A DNA stretch of 64,000 nucleotides from a virus (lineage: Duplodnaviria > Caudoviricetes), in IMG/VR virus record IMGVR_UViG_3300031555_010338; one strand, 5' to 3'. A program made the translations under genes and the position numbers. Of the stretch, positions 1 to 9,292 are shown piece by piece. How positions within the stretch are numbered: position 1 is the stretch's first letter; each line of letters starts with the position of its first letter. The notes below the pieces were generated by a model that was not told the origin of the DNA, did no database searches, and saw only the letters and a program-made list of their open reading frames with translations.

Positions 1-318
1 CTCCCGCGTTCGGAGTGCATCCATCGCCATCTTGTAAGCTTTCTCAAATCGACTGCCTTCGCCATTCTCTTCAACCCACTTAATTGGCATCAGCGCTCCG
101 CAGAAAAGAAGGTGGGAAATCAGCTCTCGCTCGGCCTCTTCACTTGTCATACCGTCTACGGTGTACGGCTCAAGTCTCCTACCGCACTCTGGGCAGAACT
201 TGAACTGCTGCTCTTTGGGAAATCTGGTTGACCCGCCTGCCATTAGCATGTGTGCGCCATATTTGTCGATGTCGCATCGGATCGTCCCAAAGTCAAAATC
301 CTTACAGAATTTGCACAT
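1..318 (-). CDS. Hypothetical Cys-rich (CxxC...CPxCG) protein, runs off the window
   Basis: Not in the ORF track. ATG at 318 preceded by AAGGAGG; open to position 1 (MCKFCKDFDFGTIRC...FKFCPECGRRL...). Confidence 0.75.
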   Translation of the reverse strand, partial: MCKFCKDFDFGTIRCDIDKYGAHMLMAGGSTRFPKEQQFKFCPECGRRLEPYTVDGMTSEEAERELISHLLFCGALMPIKWVEENGEGSRFEKAYKMAMDALRTRE

Positions 319-360
319 TTCGGCCTCCTTGAATGTCATTTAGTTAATTCCTTAGTATCG

Positions 361-1569
361 TTAAAACGATACTTCATCAAGCCACTCGATCAGAAGCGTT
401 CTCATTCGCTGGCTTGGAATATAGATTTGAATTTCGTGGCCGTCTCTGATGGCCGAACGCCAAATCCACTGGATCATCTCACTCAGCGCATAGCGATCCT
501 CGTTTACCATACAGCCATGTTCCTCAAAGTACCGTTTCAAAAACGGATTGAAGAAGATATTGACGCAGTACGCCAGGTTCTTTCGGTCACGATATTCGTT
601 CGTGGCTCTGCAGCTACACGGAATGAAGCATCGGCTGTAATTCGGCGGGGCGATCTTGTCTTTCTGAGCCTTAAAAGAAGTCCACATACTATCTCCGCCC
701 TTACCACCACAATAATGCCGCAGAGCGTTATAGATGTTATTTCGCATTTTGCTTGCCATCTTTGGGTTGTTGAACTGCCGCTCAGACCAACTGGAAGACA
801 GCGCGAACTTCTCATCGCCAATACTATTCAGCTTCTTGTTGTCCAGAATGTGAACCCGATCCCGCAGGCCAGCAATTTTCGTAAACTGGTTGCGGGTTTC
901 AGAAAACACATACTGTCCGTCCGGTGTTACCTCAACGCCGATGTACTTGTAATCGAAGCCGTTAATGTCGAAGTAATACTTCTGGAGCTGCGCATCAAAG
1001 AGATATGTAAGGACGATCACTTCATCGAATGCCTGAAATACCTCAGGTGGAAACATCCAGAATAGGAATGTATCGTTATAGTAGAGAAGTGTGCCAGCCT
1101 TAGCTCGGAGCATCAGATCTTGGAAGGTGGTTCCTACATAGGAGTCGTTCAGCCAACGAACGCGGCACGTTTCCTTATCGACTTCGATATAGCCGCTGTT
1201 CATGAGATCCTGAACGTCTCCCTTAGAGATATTGATTTCCTTCACGATCTCGAATACCTCATCCATAACTAAGGTGTAGTGTCCTTCTCGGATCAACCGT
1301 ACCGTATCTTCATTATAGCTGGCGAAGAGAGCGTGGGTACTGGAGATATTGAACTTCTTATCCAGTAGGAAATGCAGATTGTACAGCTTGCTTCGTGGTT
1401 TGTCCTTAGGAGATTTGAACTCCTTGATTGGGCAGCTATCGATAATGCGATCACACTCATTGAGATATGGTGTAATGAAAATGAAGTTCCCATCTGAGGC
1501 ATTCATGTAGTTAATCGCAGCACTCGTCTTGCCAGCACCCATGATTGCATCGCAGATTTTGATATCCAT
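361..1569 (-). CDS. SF2/DEAD-like P-loop NTPase (helicase-like)
   Basis: Walker A DAIMGAGKTS, Walker B LVMDEV, C-terminal QWIWRSAIR motif; start moved to ATG 1569 behind a GGAGA RBS. Confidence 0.7.
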   Translation of the reverse strand: MDIKICDAIMGAGKTSAAINYMNASDGNFIFITPYLNECDRIIDSCPIKEFKSPKDKPRSKLYNLHFLLDKKFNISSTHALFASYNEDTVRLIREGHYTLVMDEVFEIVKEINISKGDVQDLMNSGYIEVDKETCRVRWLNDSYVGTTFQDLMLRAKAGTLLYYNDTFLFWMFPPEVFQAFDEVIVLTYLFDAQLQKYYFDINGFDYKYIGVEVTPDGQYVFSETRNQFTKIAGLRDRVHILDNKKLNSIGDEKFALSSSWSERQFNNPKMASKMRNNIYNALRHYCGGKGGDSMWTSFKAQKDKIAPPNYSRCFIPCSCRATNEYRDRKNLAYCVNIFFNPFLKRYFEEHGCMVNEDRYALSEMIQWIWRSAIRDGHEIQIYIPSQRMRTLLIEWLDEVSF

Positions 1570-1722
1570 ATTTGTCTCTCCTAAAAAAGTTCCTAATTTG
1601 GGTAGGCAAAACGCCTCCGACAAGGGGCAGAAAACACCGTTGAACAAAGGGTTTCGGAAAAGGCTTCCCTTTTAGATGGGTGGGGAAATAATGTATTTAA
1701 TTTCCCATTGTCTTATGGGAAA

Positions 1723-2511
1723 TTACCGCCCGTTTCCAGTTCCCATACAATCATGATTTCCAAAATCCTTGTCTGAAACAACATGAATACACATGTTATG
1801 GTACAAGGCTTTGTCTTCCTCATCGGTGATTCCCAAGTATCTGAGTGTCACTTCCGGAGAACTATGGCCGAAAGCTCTCTGTAGCATGGTGATGTCCATG
1901 TTTGCCTTATCGCTATTGTACTTGTACTGATGCCATCCCCATGTCTTGCGGCAGGTGTGGGTTCCAACATTCTGTTTTACTCCACAAGCCTTAGCCGCTT
2001 CTTTCAGAGCCTTACGAAAAGTCCCGACTTGAATAAAGTCACCTTCTCTGCTGGGGAACAGGTATCCATCACAATGTAAATAAGCCCCCTGCTCTGGAAA
2101 GCACCATTCCAGTACATCCTTACAAGCCTGGTTGAGAAAGACCGCACGATACTTGCCAGTCTTACTTTGCAGGATCTCAATGGCATCTGAGGTATCGTCA
2201 AGATCTTCGATCAACCTTACAGATCCATTGGGTGCAAACACTTGGTTCATCCTTAGCGAAAGGAGTTCGTTGGCTCTCAGGCCAACATTAACACCAAGGG
2301 TAAACGCTAAGACATACTTCTTGCCCTTATGCTCAAGCAGCCAGTTTGCCATAGCAATAATTTCATCATGCTTTTTCAAAGGATAAACTGTCTGGCGCTC
2401 ACCCTCTTTGTAGTTCTTGGGGCGGCTTTTCTGCTTAATGAGCTTTTCCAGATCAGGATGCAGCACCACTTGAGAAATTACAACTTCGGGAGTCTGTTCC
2501 ATTTCGTTCAC
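1723..2511 (-). CDS. Tyrosine recombinase/integrase (catalytic domain only)
   Basis: GLRANEL (R), KTGK (K), HTCRKT (HxxR), GHSS..TLRY (H, Y nucleophile). Confidence 0.92.
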   Translation of the reverse strand: MNEMEQTPEVVISQVVLHPDLEKLIKQKSRPKNYKEGERQTVYPLKKHDEIIAMANWLLEHKGKKYVLAFTLGVNVGLRANELLSLRMNQVFAPNGSVRLIEDLDDTSDAIEILQSKTGKYRAVFLNQACKDVLEWCFPEQGAYLHCDGYLFPSREGDFIQVGTFRKALKEAAKACGVKQNVGTHTCRKTWGWHQYKYNSDKANMDITMLQRAFGHSSPEVTLRYLGITDEEDKALYHNMCIHVVSDKDFGNHDCMGTGNGR

Positions 2512-2596
2512 CTCTCAAACTTGTTTAGCTAATTACTTTAGCTTTTGAATAAGCCGTTGATCTTCGGTGAAAATCGTTGGCTTCCTTACATGCTTT

Positions 2597-2625
2597 ATTA
2601 TAGCAGATTGCGGCACTAATGTCAA
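2597..2625 (-). promoter_or_regulatory. Sigma-A promoter for the leftward recombinase operon
   Basis: Perfect TTGACA-N17-TATAAT on the minus strand. Confidence 0.85.
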
Positions 2626-3040
2626 TAGAATTTGTGCGAAAAGTTATATAGTTAGTTCCTTACGGGGTGATGGTTTCGGGGAGATCCCGATGGTCAACGG
2701 TGATTTCTCTTCCAAAATACTAAAGCTAAACATATTTTGTAAGGTCATAAAAAATGAGAAGTCATCGTTGGTGAACGGTGGGTCGTCGAGGCGGTGTCTC
2801 GAAATATTTGAGGCGTGGAGAAGGGGGTACAAGGCGAACATTTTGTGAGCTGAAGGGGCGTGAAAATGTAAACTATCCCCCGTCTTGGAGCTGGCAAAAA
2901 TGCCCGTTATTCAAGGTAGTTCCGCATACTCCACAAAAGCGGAATTGATTCCAGGCATTTGGCGGGGCTTCTCTGCTGTCCAGCTTCTGCCGGTGCTATC
3001 TGCTGGCCTGGGCTGTAGCTTCGGGCAGGGCGGGGAAAAT

Positions 3041-3464
3041 GGCGGCTTTTTCTGTCTTTTTCCTGTCGCTCCCTCTCTTCTCTTCCCTCTCTTCTCTCTT
3101 GTCTCACATGCTCCAGCCGTGTCTCCCTGCTGTCTGTTTCCCTCTCTGCTATGGGCTACAGTGCCGCGCTTGCGGCTGTCTCTCCCTCTGCTGATCTGGG
3201 GCGGCTTCTCTCTGGCTCCTGCTGGCCGTGTCTCCAGTGCCGCGCCTCTGGCGCTGGCGCTCTTCCCTCTGTCCTTGCTTCTCTCCCTCTTCTCTCTGCT
3301 ACGGGTCGTCGCTGCGGGGCGCTGTCTGTCCTTGCCTTGCGTCCGGTGTCTGTCCTCCTGCTGGCCGTGGCCGTCTGTCCGTCTCTCTGGCCGTCATGAT
3401 CTCCACCGCCTGCGCCCTCTGTCCTCTGTCTATCTCTCCGGCTCTGGCGGCTGTCTGGCCGTCT
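3041..3464. other. Low-complexity, strongly A-depleted CT/GC-rich non-coding tract
   Basis: About 13 A in 424 nt on the + strand; many TGTC/CTCT units; lies between divergent transcription units. Confidence 0.8.
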
Positions 3465-3561
3465 ATCCAGGCCAATTCTGTATGGTCAAATTGCACAAAA
3501 ACCGCCTTGCGAATTTGGTTATAATTTAAGTGAGAAGCGAGAAAATTTTAGCGGTTTTATA

Positions 3562-3590
3562 TTGACAGCGGGAAAATAGTATGGTACAAT
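3562..3590 (+). promoter_or_regulatory. Sigma-A early promoter
   Basis: TTGACA-N17-TACAAT with extended -10 TG; operator-like GCGRGAAAAT repeats at 3536 and 3567. Confidence 0.8.
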
Positions 3591-3703
3591 AATACCAGAG
3601 TTAAGGAGATAGCAAAACAACCTTGACGAGATCGCCGCAGCCGTGAGGGTTGCGGATTGGAAGCCCTAAAGGAATTAGCTAAATAATCGGAGGTAATGAG
3701 AAA

Positions 3704-4048
3704 ATGAAGCTTGCAAACATGATTCCCCTGAATAGCAAAATTACCGTGTATGTCCCCGCTACGGTTGACATTAACAAGGAGATCGACAACGGCGCATATG
3801 TTGAGCGCGTGGCGCGTACCCTCTCCAATGCGTTCGGCGGCGCGACTGCTACCCAGGCCGCTGGCTATTGGGTTGCCGCTGATAACTCCCTTGTGGCTGA
3901 GCGTACAACAATGGTTTTCGCGTACTGCTCCACCGCTGACGCTGAAAAGTACATTGATGATATTGTCCGCATGTGCTACGAGCTGAAGCACGAGATGGGA
4001 CAAGAAGCAATCGCCCTTGAATATAACGGCGGTATGTACTTTATCTAA
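3704..4048 (+). CDS. Hypothetical protein (first early gene)
   Basis: GGAGG RBS; 114-aa ORF downstream of the sigma-A promoter. Confidence 0.85.
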   Translation: MKLANMIPLNSKITVYVPATVDINKEIDNGAYVERVARTLSNAFGGATATQAAGYWVAADNSLVAERTTMVFAYCSTADAEKYIDDIVRMCYELKHEMGQEAIALEYNGGMYFI

Positions 4049-4122
4049 GGACTTAACTAAACAAGCGGCAGCGGCGGCGACTTTGCCGCCCTGCCCATAC
4101 AAAAGAAAGCGAGGGCGCAAAC

Positions 4123-4410
4123 ATGAAAGCAACGCGGCAGCAGATAAAGAAAGCGAACGAGATCGCCGCACGGTTTAGCGGATGGCACGAGCCGCACGAG
4201 ATCGCGGCCATGTATGACGAATTGGAAAAGATCGGCGTTACTACCGGTGCAATTACTAACCGCCGCGACTTCCCAAATCTGGGATGCTGGCAAGGCTCTT
4301 GCGAATGGTACATAAACGGCGAAGAGGTCGAAAACAGCCGCTTTATTTATAGCGTGTACGAGGGGAACCCGAACATTACCCGCAACGATTACAACATTTA
4401 TTTTAGCTGA
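4123..4410 (+). CDS. Hypothetical protein
   Basis: GAGGG RBS; co-oriented 95-aa ORF. Confidence 0.8.
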   Translation: MKATRQQIKKANEIAARFSGWHEPHEIAAMYDELEKIGVTTGAITNRRDFPNLGCWQGSCEWYINGEEVENSRFIYSVYEGNPNITRNDYNIYFS

Positions 4411-4412
4411 AG

Positions 4413-4471
4413 CCCGCCTGATGATGGTTAGCCGGTCACTAACCGAAACGGCCACAAATGGCCGTCGCGGG
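4413..4471 (+). ncRNA. Hammerhead ribozyme (type I)
   Basis: Stem I CCCGC/GCGGG, CTGATGA core, one extra T, stem II GGTTAG/CTAACC, GAAA, stem III CGGCCA/TGGCCG, GTC cleavage triplet (cut after 4466). Confidence 0.88.
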
Positions 4472-4539
4472 AAACCGTAAAACAGAAGTATAAACGGCGC
4501 ACGGTGAAGCGCCTGGACAAATTGAAGGGAGTTTGAACA

Positions 4540-5322
4540 ATGAGCAAGTACAATCTGAAGGCCGTTATGGTCAAGGCGTGGGAGATTTACCACGCAGCCG
4601 ATGAGGGCGACGGCATCCGCCCTATCTTCTCCCTGTGCCTGTCTATGGCGTGGGCGCATGTGAAGAATCAGCCGGCCAACATCATCGAACAGTGGGCGAA
4701 CATGGGCGCAGATCAGCAGTATAACATGCTGAAGGCGAATGTGAAACGCGCCGCAAAGGACGAAATCCGGTACAGCGTCGAAGATCGTTACAACGAGTAT
4801 AACGAGTCTGTCGCCTGGGTTATCAATAGTCACGGCCTGGATGGTTTTGTCAATGATGCTTGGTTGAAGCTGGCCGAAATGCTGGATGCTGACTATCTGG
4901 AACAGCTCAACGAGCGCCGCGCCGCCTCTGGCAAGCTGAATATTTCCCTTGTGTCTCTGGTTTATCGTGCCTGCCTGTATTCCATCAATGCGGTTTATCG
5001 TGCTGAAGTGAAGCATGTCCGCGCCCGTGTCCATACCGTCATCGACAAGAACGGCGACGAGGTGGAGTATATCGACACTATGGCAACGAGCCGCAAGGAC
5101 AACACCGAAGCGGCGGCAATGGCTGAAGTTATGCTGGATGCGTTCATGAACAGCCGCGACGAGATCGACAGAATCATCATCGAGGGCAAGCGTGACGGAT
5201 ACACCAGCAAGGAGATCGCCGCGATGGTTGGTATCTCTGAGCCGGCAATCTGCAAGCGGCTGAAGAAGATCAAGGCCGCAGGCGTGGCCGCTGGACTGAC
5301 AAGCGCCGATGTTGCAGCGTAA
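4540..5322 (+). CDS. Phage-encoded sigma-70-family (ECF-like) factor
   Basis: Region-2-like segment (DGFVNDAWLKL...LVYRACLYSI) and C-terminal region-4 HTH (GYTSKEIAAMVGISEPAICKRLKKI). Confidence 0.7.
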   Translation: MSKYNLKAVMVKAWEIYHAADEGDGIRPIFSLCLSMAWAHVKNQPANIIEQWANMGADQQYNMLKANVKRAAKDEIRYSVEDRYNEYNESVAWVINSHGLDGFVNDAWLKLAEMLDADYLEQLNERRAASGKLNISLVSLVYRACLYSINAVYRAEVKHVRARVHTVIDKNGDEVEYIDTMATSRKDNTEAAAMAEVMLDAFMNSRDEIDRIIIEGKRDGYTSKEIAAMVGISEPAICKRLKKIKAAGVAAGLTSADVAA

Positions 5323-5442
5323 GGAATTAACCAAACAATGCGCCGCCCTGGTTCTGGATGGGCCGGGGCGGCTGAGAAAAAAAGACAAACAGCGGTTAAT
5401 TTCTGGTTGTCTGGATGATGGATTGATAAGGGAGGGTGAAAA

Positions 5443-5706
5443 ATGGAATGGCACGAGATCCCCGAAAAGCTGGAAGCTGGGCGCGTGGTATTCGTTACGG
5501 ATGGAACAGTAACGCGGCGAGTGCTGAAGGCTGAATGGCACGGGCTGGAACTCCAGCTCATGTTGGATAACGGAAAATCTCTCTGGCTATCCGCTGATGA
5601 GTTTGAGAACAGCGGAGATCAGAAGATCGGAATAATGGACAGCACGGACGGCCTTTATATTGCGCCGCTCTGGTGGATTAACTTGGGAGGTAAACAGAAT
5701 GAGTAA
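5443..5706 (+). CDS. Hypothetical protein
   Basis: GGGAGGG RBS; follows a phage promoter motif. Confidence 0.75.
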   Translation: MEWHEIPEKLEAGRVVFVTDGTVTRRVLKAEWHGLELQLMLDNGKSLWLSADEFENSGDQKIGIMDSTDGLYIAPLWWINLGGKQNE

Positions 5707-5896
5707 ACGGATGAGACGGCGCTTGATGCTCAAACAGAAATTGTATGGGCTGCTGATGCTGGCGCTGTGTGGCCTGGTGCTGTGGATGTGTTCCACTGGC
5801 ACGACTCCGGAAGATCAGGATGCAACGGCTGTGCTGCTGATTGCTCCGCTGGGCATTTGGATGATTTTTTCCAGGCATATTTTAATTTATGGTTAA
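5699..5896 (+). CDS. Small two-TM membrane protein
   Basis: GGAGG RBS, ATG 5699; two hydrophobic segments. Confidence 0.75.
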   Translation: MSKRMRRRLMLKQKLYGLLMLALCGLVLWMCSTGTTPEDQDATAVLLIAPLGIWMIFSRHILIYG

Positions 5897-5919
5897 ATTT
5901 TCCAATAGGAGGATAAACA

Positions 5920-6132
5920 ATGGAAAGACTTACTAAAATCGAGGTTCAATGGATTGTTGGCGAGCTGGAAAATCTGGCTGCTACATATCGAAATGCTGCG
6001 AAACAGTCAGCGGAAGTTGAAAGCTTTGAAAGAAGTCTATGTAATTTGAAGGCTGAACAGTATGACGCGCTGGCTAAAAAACTTTCTGCGTCTGTTCAGA
6101 ACGGGAACAAGCGCATAGCTATCGACTACTAA
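5920..6132 (+). CDS. Hypothetical protein
   Basis: AGGAGG RBS. Confidence 0.8.
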   Translation: MERLTKIEVQWIVGELENLAATYRNAAKQSAEVESFERSLCNLKAEQYDALAKKLSASVQNGNKRIAIDY

Positions 6133-6161
6133 CAGTGGATAAATAAGGGAGGAAAAATATC

Positions 6162-6572
6162 ATGGCAAGTTGTACCAAAGATCAGGTTATGAAGTGGAAC
6201 GAAAAGCTGCAGAACGGTTTCCGGTTTGATCTGCGTTGCTTCCTAATGCGGAACGACAAAACGGCGGTCAAGGTGCTGGATTTGTCGGATGGCCGTAAAC
6301 TCCAGGCAAAGCTGGAATACCGCGAAGAGCGCGAGAACTGGAAGACGATTGGACAGCAGCCGGTGCTTCACCTCTCCATCTGGGAAGTCTGCGAGAACAG
6401 CGACTTTATGAGATCGAGCGGTATGGGCGTGGATGTCCGGATGGGCGCGATGCAGAGCAAGAAGAATTACAATGTGCTGTGCAATCTGTCTGGAACCGTA
6501 ACGGATGAACAGATTCTGAACCTGGCGAACGAACACATGGGGCGGCTCAATAATCCTTTTATCCTGGGATAA
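6162..6572 (+). CDS. Hypothetical protein
   Basis: GGGAGG RBS; followed by a terminator. Confidence 0.85.
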   Translation: MASCTKDQVMKWNEKLQNGFRFDLRCFLMRNDKTAVKVLDLSDGRKLQAKLEYREERENWKTIGQQPVLHLSIWEVCENSDFMRSSGMGVDVRMGAMQSKKNYNVLCNLSGTVTDEQILNLANEHMGRLNNPFILG

Positions 6573-6581
6573 ACAGAACAG

Positions 6582-6614
6582 AACGGCGGGGCTTTTCTCC
6601 CCGCCGTTTTTTTT
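6582..6614 (+). terminator. Rho-independent terminator
   Basis: AACGGCGGGG/CCCCGCCGTT stem plus T-run. Confidence 0.85.
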
Positions 6615-6679
6615 GCTTCAGTGGTTAATTTCTGGTTGCCTGAACGATTAGATATAATAGGAAGACTGAATGGCGCTAC

Positions 6680-7054
6680 TCAGCTTATATGGTTGATGTA
6701 GTGAGTTTTGCAGTAATCGCTTTTGGCGTATCTGTATTTTGGAGCATAGCACTCAGGCTCAATACAAGTCAATTCGTCCTCATGTTTATCGCAATATTCA
6801 AACATCGTGTTAGCGTTGGATTGGCTATAACAGCCGTCTTCCGAGCATGTATGACGGATACAGTATCTGCTTCCGCTTGCTTTCGTTCCATTGCATGAAC
6901 CATATGTACATTCATTTTCGATATGCGTATATCGAATTGTATCGTCATCAGTTTTGAATACATAATTCAATGTGCCACGCAAACAGGCTGATAATCCAAT
7001 CAAAAAGAAAACGAGTACAATAGCGGATAGGATGATGTGATATTTATTTTTCAT
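6680..7054 (-). CDS. Membrane-anchored or exported Cys/His-repeat protein (moron-like)
   Basis: N-terminal hydrophobic helix, three C-x4-C...YC-x2-H repeats; own promoter; opposite strand and lower GC. Confidence 0.75.
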   Translation of the reverse strand: MKNKYHIILSAIVLVFFLIGLSACLRGTLNYVFKTDDDTIRYTHIENECTYGSCNGTKASGSRYCIRHTCSEDGCYSQSNANTMFEYCDKHEDELTCIEPECYAPKYRYAKSDYCKTHYINHIS

Positions 7055-7090
7055 CTTGCTGTAAACCTTTACAAGTAAATATTACCTCTT

Positions 7091-7119
7091 ATTATATAAG
7101 GCCGTAATTCTGCTGTCAA
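7091..7119 (-). promoter_or_regulatory. Sigma-A promoter for 6680..7054
   Basis: Perfect TTGACA-N17-TATAAT on the minus strand. Confidence 0.85.
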
Positions 7120-7209
7120 ACGGCAGTGGATTTTTTGTTTTCCGGTTAATTTTTGCTGTCCAGGATGATTAGTTATAATAGGAAATTCAATATACGGAGG
7201 TTTTTCAAA

Positions 7210-7428
7210 ATGGCTGAGACTGCAAATAAGCGTTATGCGGTTTGTATCACCGATGATGACGGTGGAACCGGCGAGGCGGTCTTCTGCGTGAAGAACAAAA
7301 CGGAAGCACGAGCCAGAGGTCGCCTGTATATCCGTCAGTGGCAGCTTCCTAACGGGAAGATCGAGTATATCCGCGAATTGGCGGACGGTGAAGAGCCTGT
7401 CAGATTTGGCAAGGCCGCTGGATATTAA
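7210..7428 (+). CDS. Hypothetical protein
   Basis: GGAGG RBS before ATG 7210. Confidence 0.8.
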   Translation: MAETANKRYAVCITDDDGGTGEAVFCVKNKTEARARGRLYIRQWQLPNGKIEYIRELADGEEPVRFGKAAGY

Positions 7429-7442
7429 GGAGGTAAATTATC

Positions 7443-7826
7443 ATGATGGAATATCATGTCAAGATGCGGTTAAACGCTGAGCAAGTCAAGGATGATACAT
7501 ACATCATCCACCTATCCAATGGCAAAACGGTTGAGATAGTGGAACAGCCGGAATATAACGGAACCGTTTGGAGTTGGAAGATCGACTCTCAGTATTTTGG
7601 CAATGATGCACATGCGCTGGATTATCTGAAGCGGTTGATTGCGGAAAAGCTGACCGGCGTTCGTGTAATCTATCACGAGAAGAAGAATGCCCCCAGCATT
7701 TGCGGCGAGGATGGACGGGGCTGCCGTCGGCCTGGTGAATGCAACAGCAATCTTTGCATGGGTTGTCCTATTGCGGATGCGTTCTTTGCTGAACGGGACG
7801 GCGTAAAGCTGGTGTATGCAATCTAA
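7443..7826 (+). CDS. Hypothetical protein with C-terminal Cys cluster
   Basis: AAGGAGG RBS; C..C..C..CxxC cluster. Confidence 0.8.
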   Translation: MMEYHVKMRLNAEQVKDDTYIIHLSNGKTVEIVEQPEYNGTVWSWKIDSQYFGNDAHALDYLKRLIAEKLTGVRVIYHEKKNAPSICGEDGRGCRRPGECNSNLCMGCPIADAFFAERDGVKLVYAI

Positions 7827-7835
7827 GATCGAGAG

Positions 7836-7866
7836 GCGGGGACAATTTCTGTCCCCGCTTTTTTTT
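7836..7866 (+). terminator. Rho-independent terminator
   Basis: GCGGGGACA/TGTCCCCGC stem plus T8. Confidence 0.85.
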
Positions 7867-7926
7867 GCTTTTCTGGTTAATTTTTCTTCCCTTCGATGAT
7901 TAGTTGTAATAGGAGGTGCAAAACAC

Positions 7927-8310
7927 ATGATTAAACTGGAAGTCAACAACGGTGGTCGTCTGGAAGTCAAGTATGACGAGAAGAGCGGATGGACAGTCGT
8001 TGAGAAATATGACGGCGCTGGCAAGTTGGAAGAGCGCTACGGCATCGAAGATCACGACTTTGTTTCTATGCTCAACTGGTACAGATACCAGAAAGAAAAC
8101 GGAAATGAGGCGCTGCTGTTCGACGGCGTTGGTATCGGTGAGGTGCAGTGCGTCCGTTCTTTCGATGAGGATGGCGAAGAGTATTTCAGCAAGAGATGCT
8201 ACTACACCATTATCAGCAAGGACAGTGTTGGATACCGTATCAAAAACAATTTCAACGGTGTCAGCATGATCTACACTGAGGACTTTGCAGACTATTTCAA
8301 GGAGGTTTGA
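7927..8310 (+). CDS. Hypothetical protein
   Basis: AGGAGG RBS after a phage promoter motif. Confidence 0.8.
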   Translation: MIKLEVNNGGRLEVKYDEKSGWTVVEKYDGAGKLEERYGIEDHDFVSMLNWYRYQKENGNEALLFDGVGIGEVQCVRSFDEDGEEYFSKRCYYTIISKDSVGYRIKNNFNGVSMIYTEDFADYFKEV

Positions 8311-8313
8311 CGG

Positions 8314-8514
8314 ATGAGCAAGCATGTATGCCCCAAGTGTGGTGGAAAGCAGTTTGAAACGACTGCACATGTTATGCAGTCATGGAAAGTGGATGAAAAT
8401 GGCGAGTTTATCGAGGTTCTGGATGACTGCCTGGAAACTACCCATGAGCCTGACGATGGCAACATCTGGACTTGCTTGAATTGCGGTGCTGAAGGCGTTG
8501 TTGTGGAGGATTGA
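8314..8514 (+). CDS. Small zinc-ribbon protein
   Basis: CPKC...CLNC; AAGGAGG RBS. Confidence 0.8.
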   Translation: MSKHVCPKCGGKQFETTAHVMQSWKVDENGEFIEVLDDCLETTHEPDDGNIWTCLNCGAEGVVVED

Positions 8515-8516
8515 CC

Positions 8517-9212
8517 ATGAATAAAGAGCATGTTTCTTTTCGTTGTCCGCACTGCGGAAAGCTGCTGATTGCTTCGGAGTTACTCGAATATGTCTATCAG
8601 TGCATGGAGTGCGATGAGGACTTTTACGCATTCGAGGCGGTCAAGATCGTATCTGTTTTCAGTGAGCCGACGCTGGAAGAACAGCGCAAGTATGATGATG
8701 ACGGCTTTTGTGTTGATCTGAGCCAGACGGTCAAGGTAAGTGTCTCCGATGAGTGGAATCGTCGCGGCTATTGTTATATGGCAAAGGCAGACGTTGAACG
8801 GCTTGGCCTGGACTATATCAAAGATCATGTTCGGCTGGAGTATTCCGCTGCGCTGGAAGAGTATTTTGTTCGGATGTCTCAGAACGACTGGTACAACGAT
8901 ACCCAGCGCAATCCTGAAAAGACTATCCCCGTTTCTTTTGTTGGCATTGAGAACGGAACAGGCCGACAGATTTACAAGGGCTTGGAGTCTGGCTGCTATT
9001 ATCTGCGCGAGGTTTCCAGCCGTGAGAAGTTTGCCAAGTGGCTGATCGGAGGAAAGCGCCGTTTGCCCGATGATGGCAATGAGCCGAGGGCAAATCTGGT
9101 TTTTCTGTGTGATGGACAAACAGAAAAGGTCACATATGATGACTGGAACGGCGTTTGTGCTTACAGCAACACCTTCAACGAGCATTTCAAGCCCAAAATG
9201 CAAGAGCGATGA
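8517..9212 (+). CDS. Hypothetical protein with N-terminal zinc ribbon
   Basis: CPHC...CMEC; GGAGG RBS. Confidence 0.8.
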   Translation: MNKEHVSFRCPHCGKLLIASELLEYVYQCMECDEDFYAFEAVKIVSVFSEPTLEEQRKYDDDGFCVDLSQTVKVSVSDEWNRRGYCYMAKADVERLGLDYIKDHVRLEYSAALEEYFVRMSQNDWYNDTQRNPEKTIPVSFVGIENGTGRQIYKGLESGCYYLREVSSREKFAKWLIGGKRRLPDDGNEPRANLVFLCDGQTEKVTYDDWNGVCAYSNTFNEHFKPKMQER

Positions 9213-9292
9213 AGTAATCTTGCATAATTATTCATAACTATTCGGTTAATTTTTGCCGACAAGCGTGATTAGTTGTAATAGGAGGTGAAAAA

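Noticed and set aside
2885-3529. 214-aa and overlapping ORFs in the A-poor tract
   Set aside because: Low-complexity Leu/Ser/Pro translations, no RBS; open only because stop codons require A.
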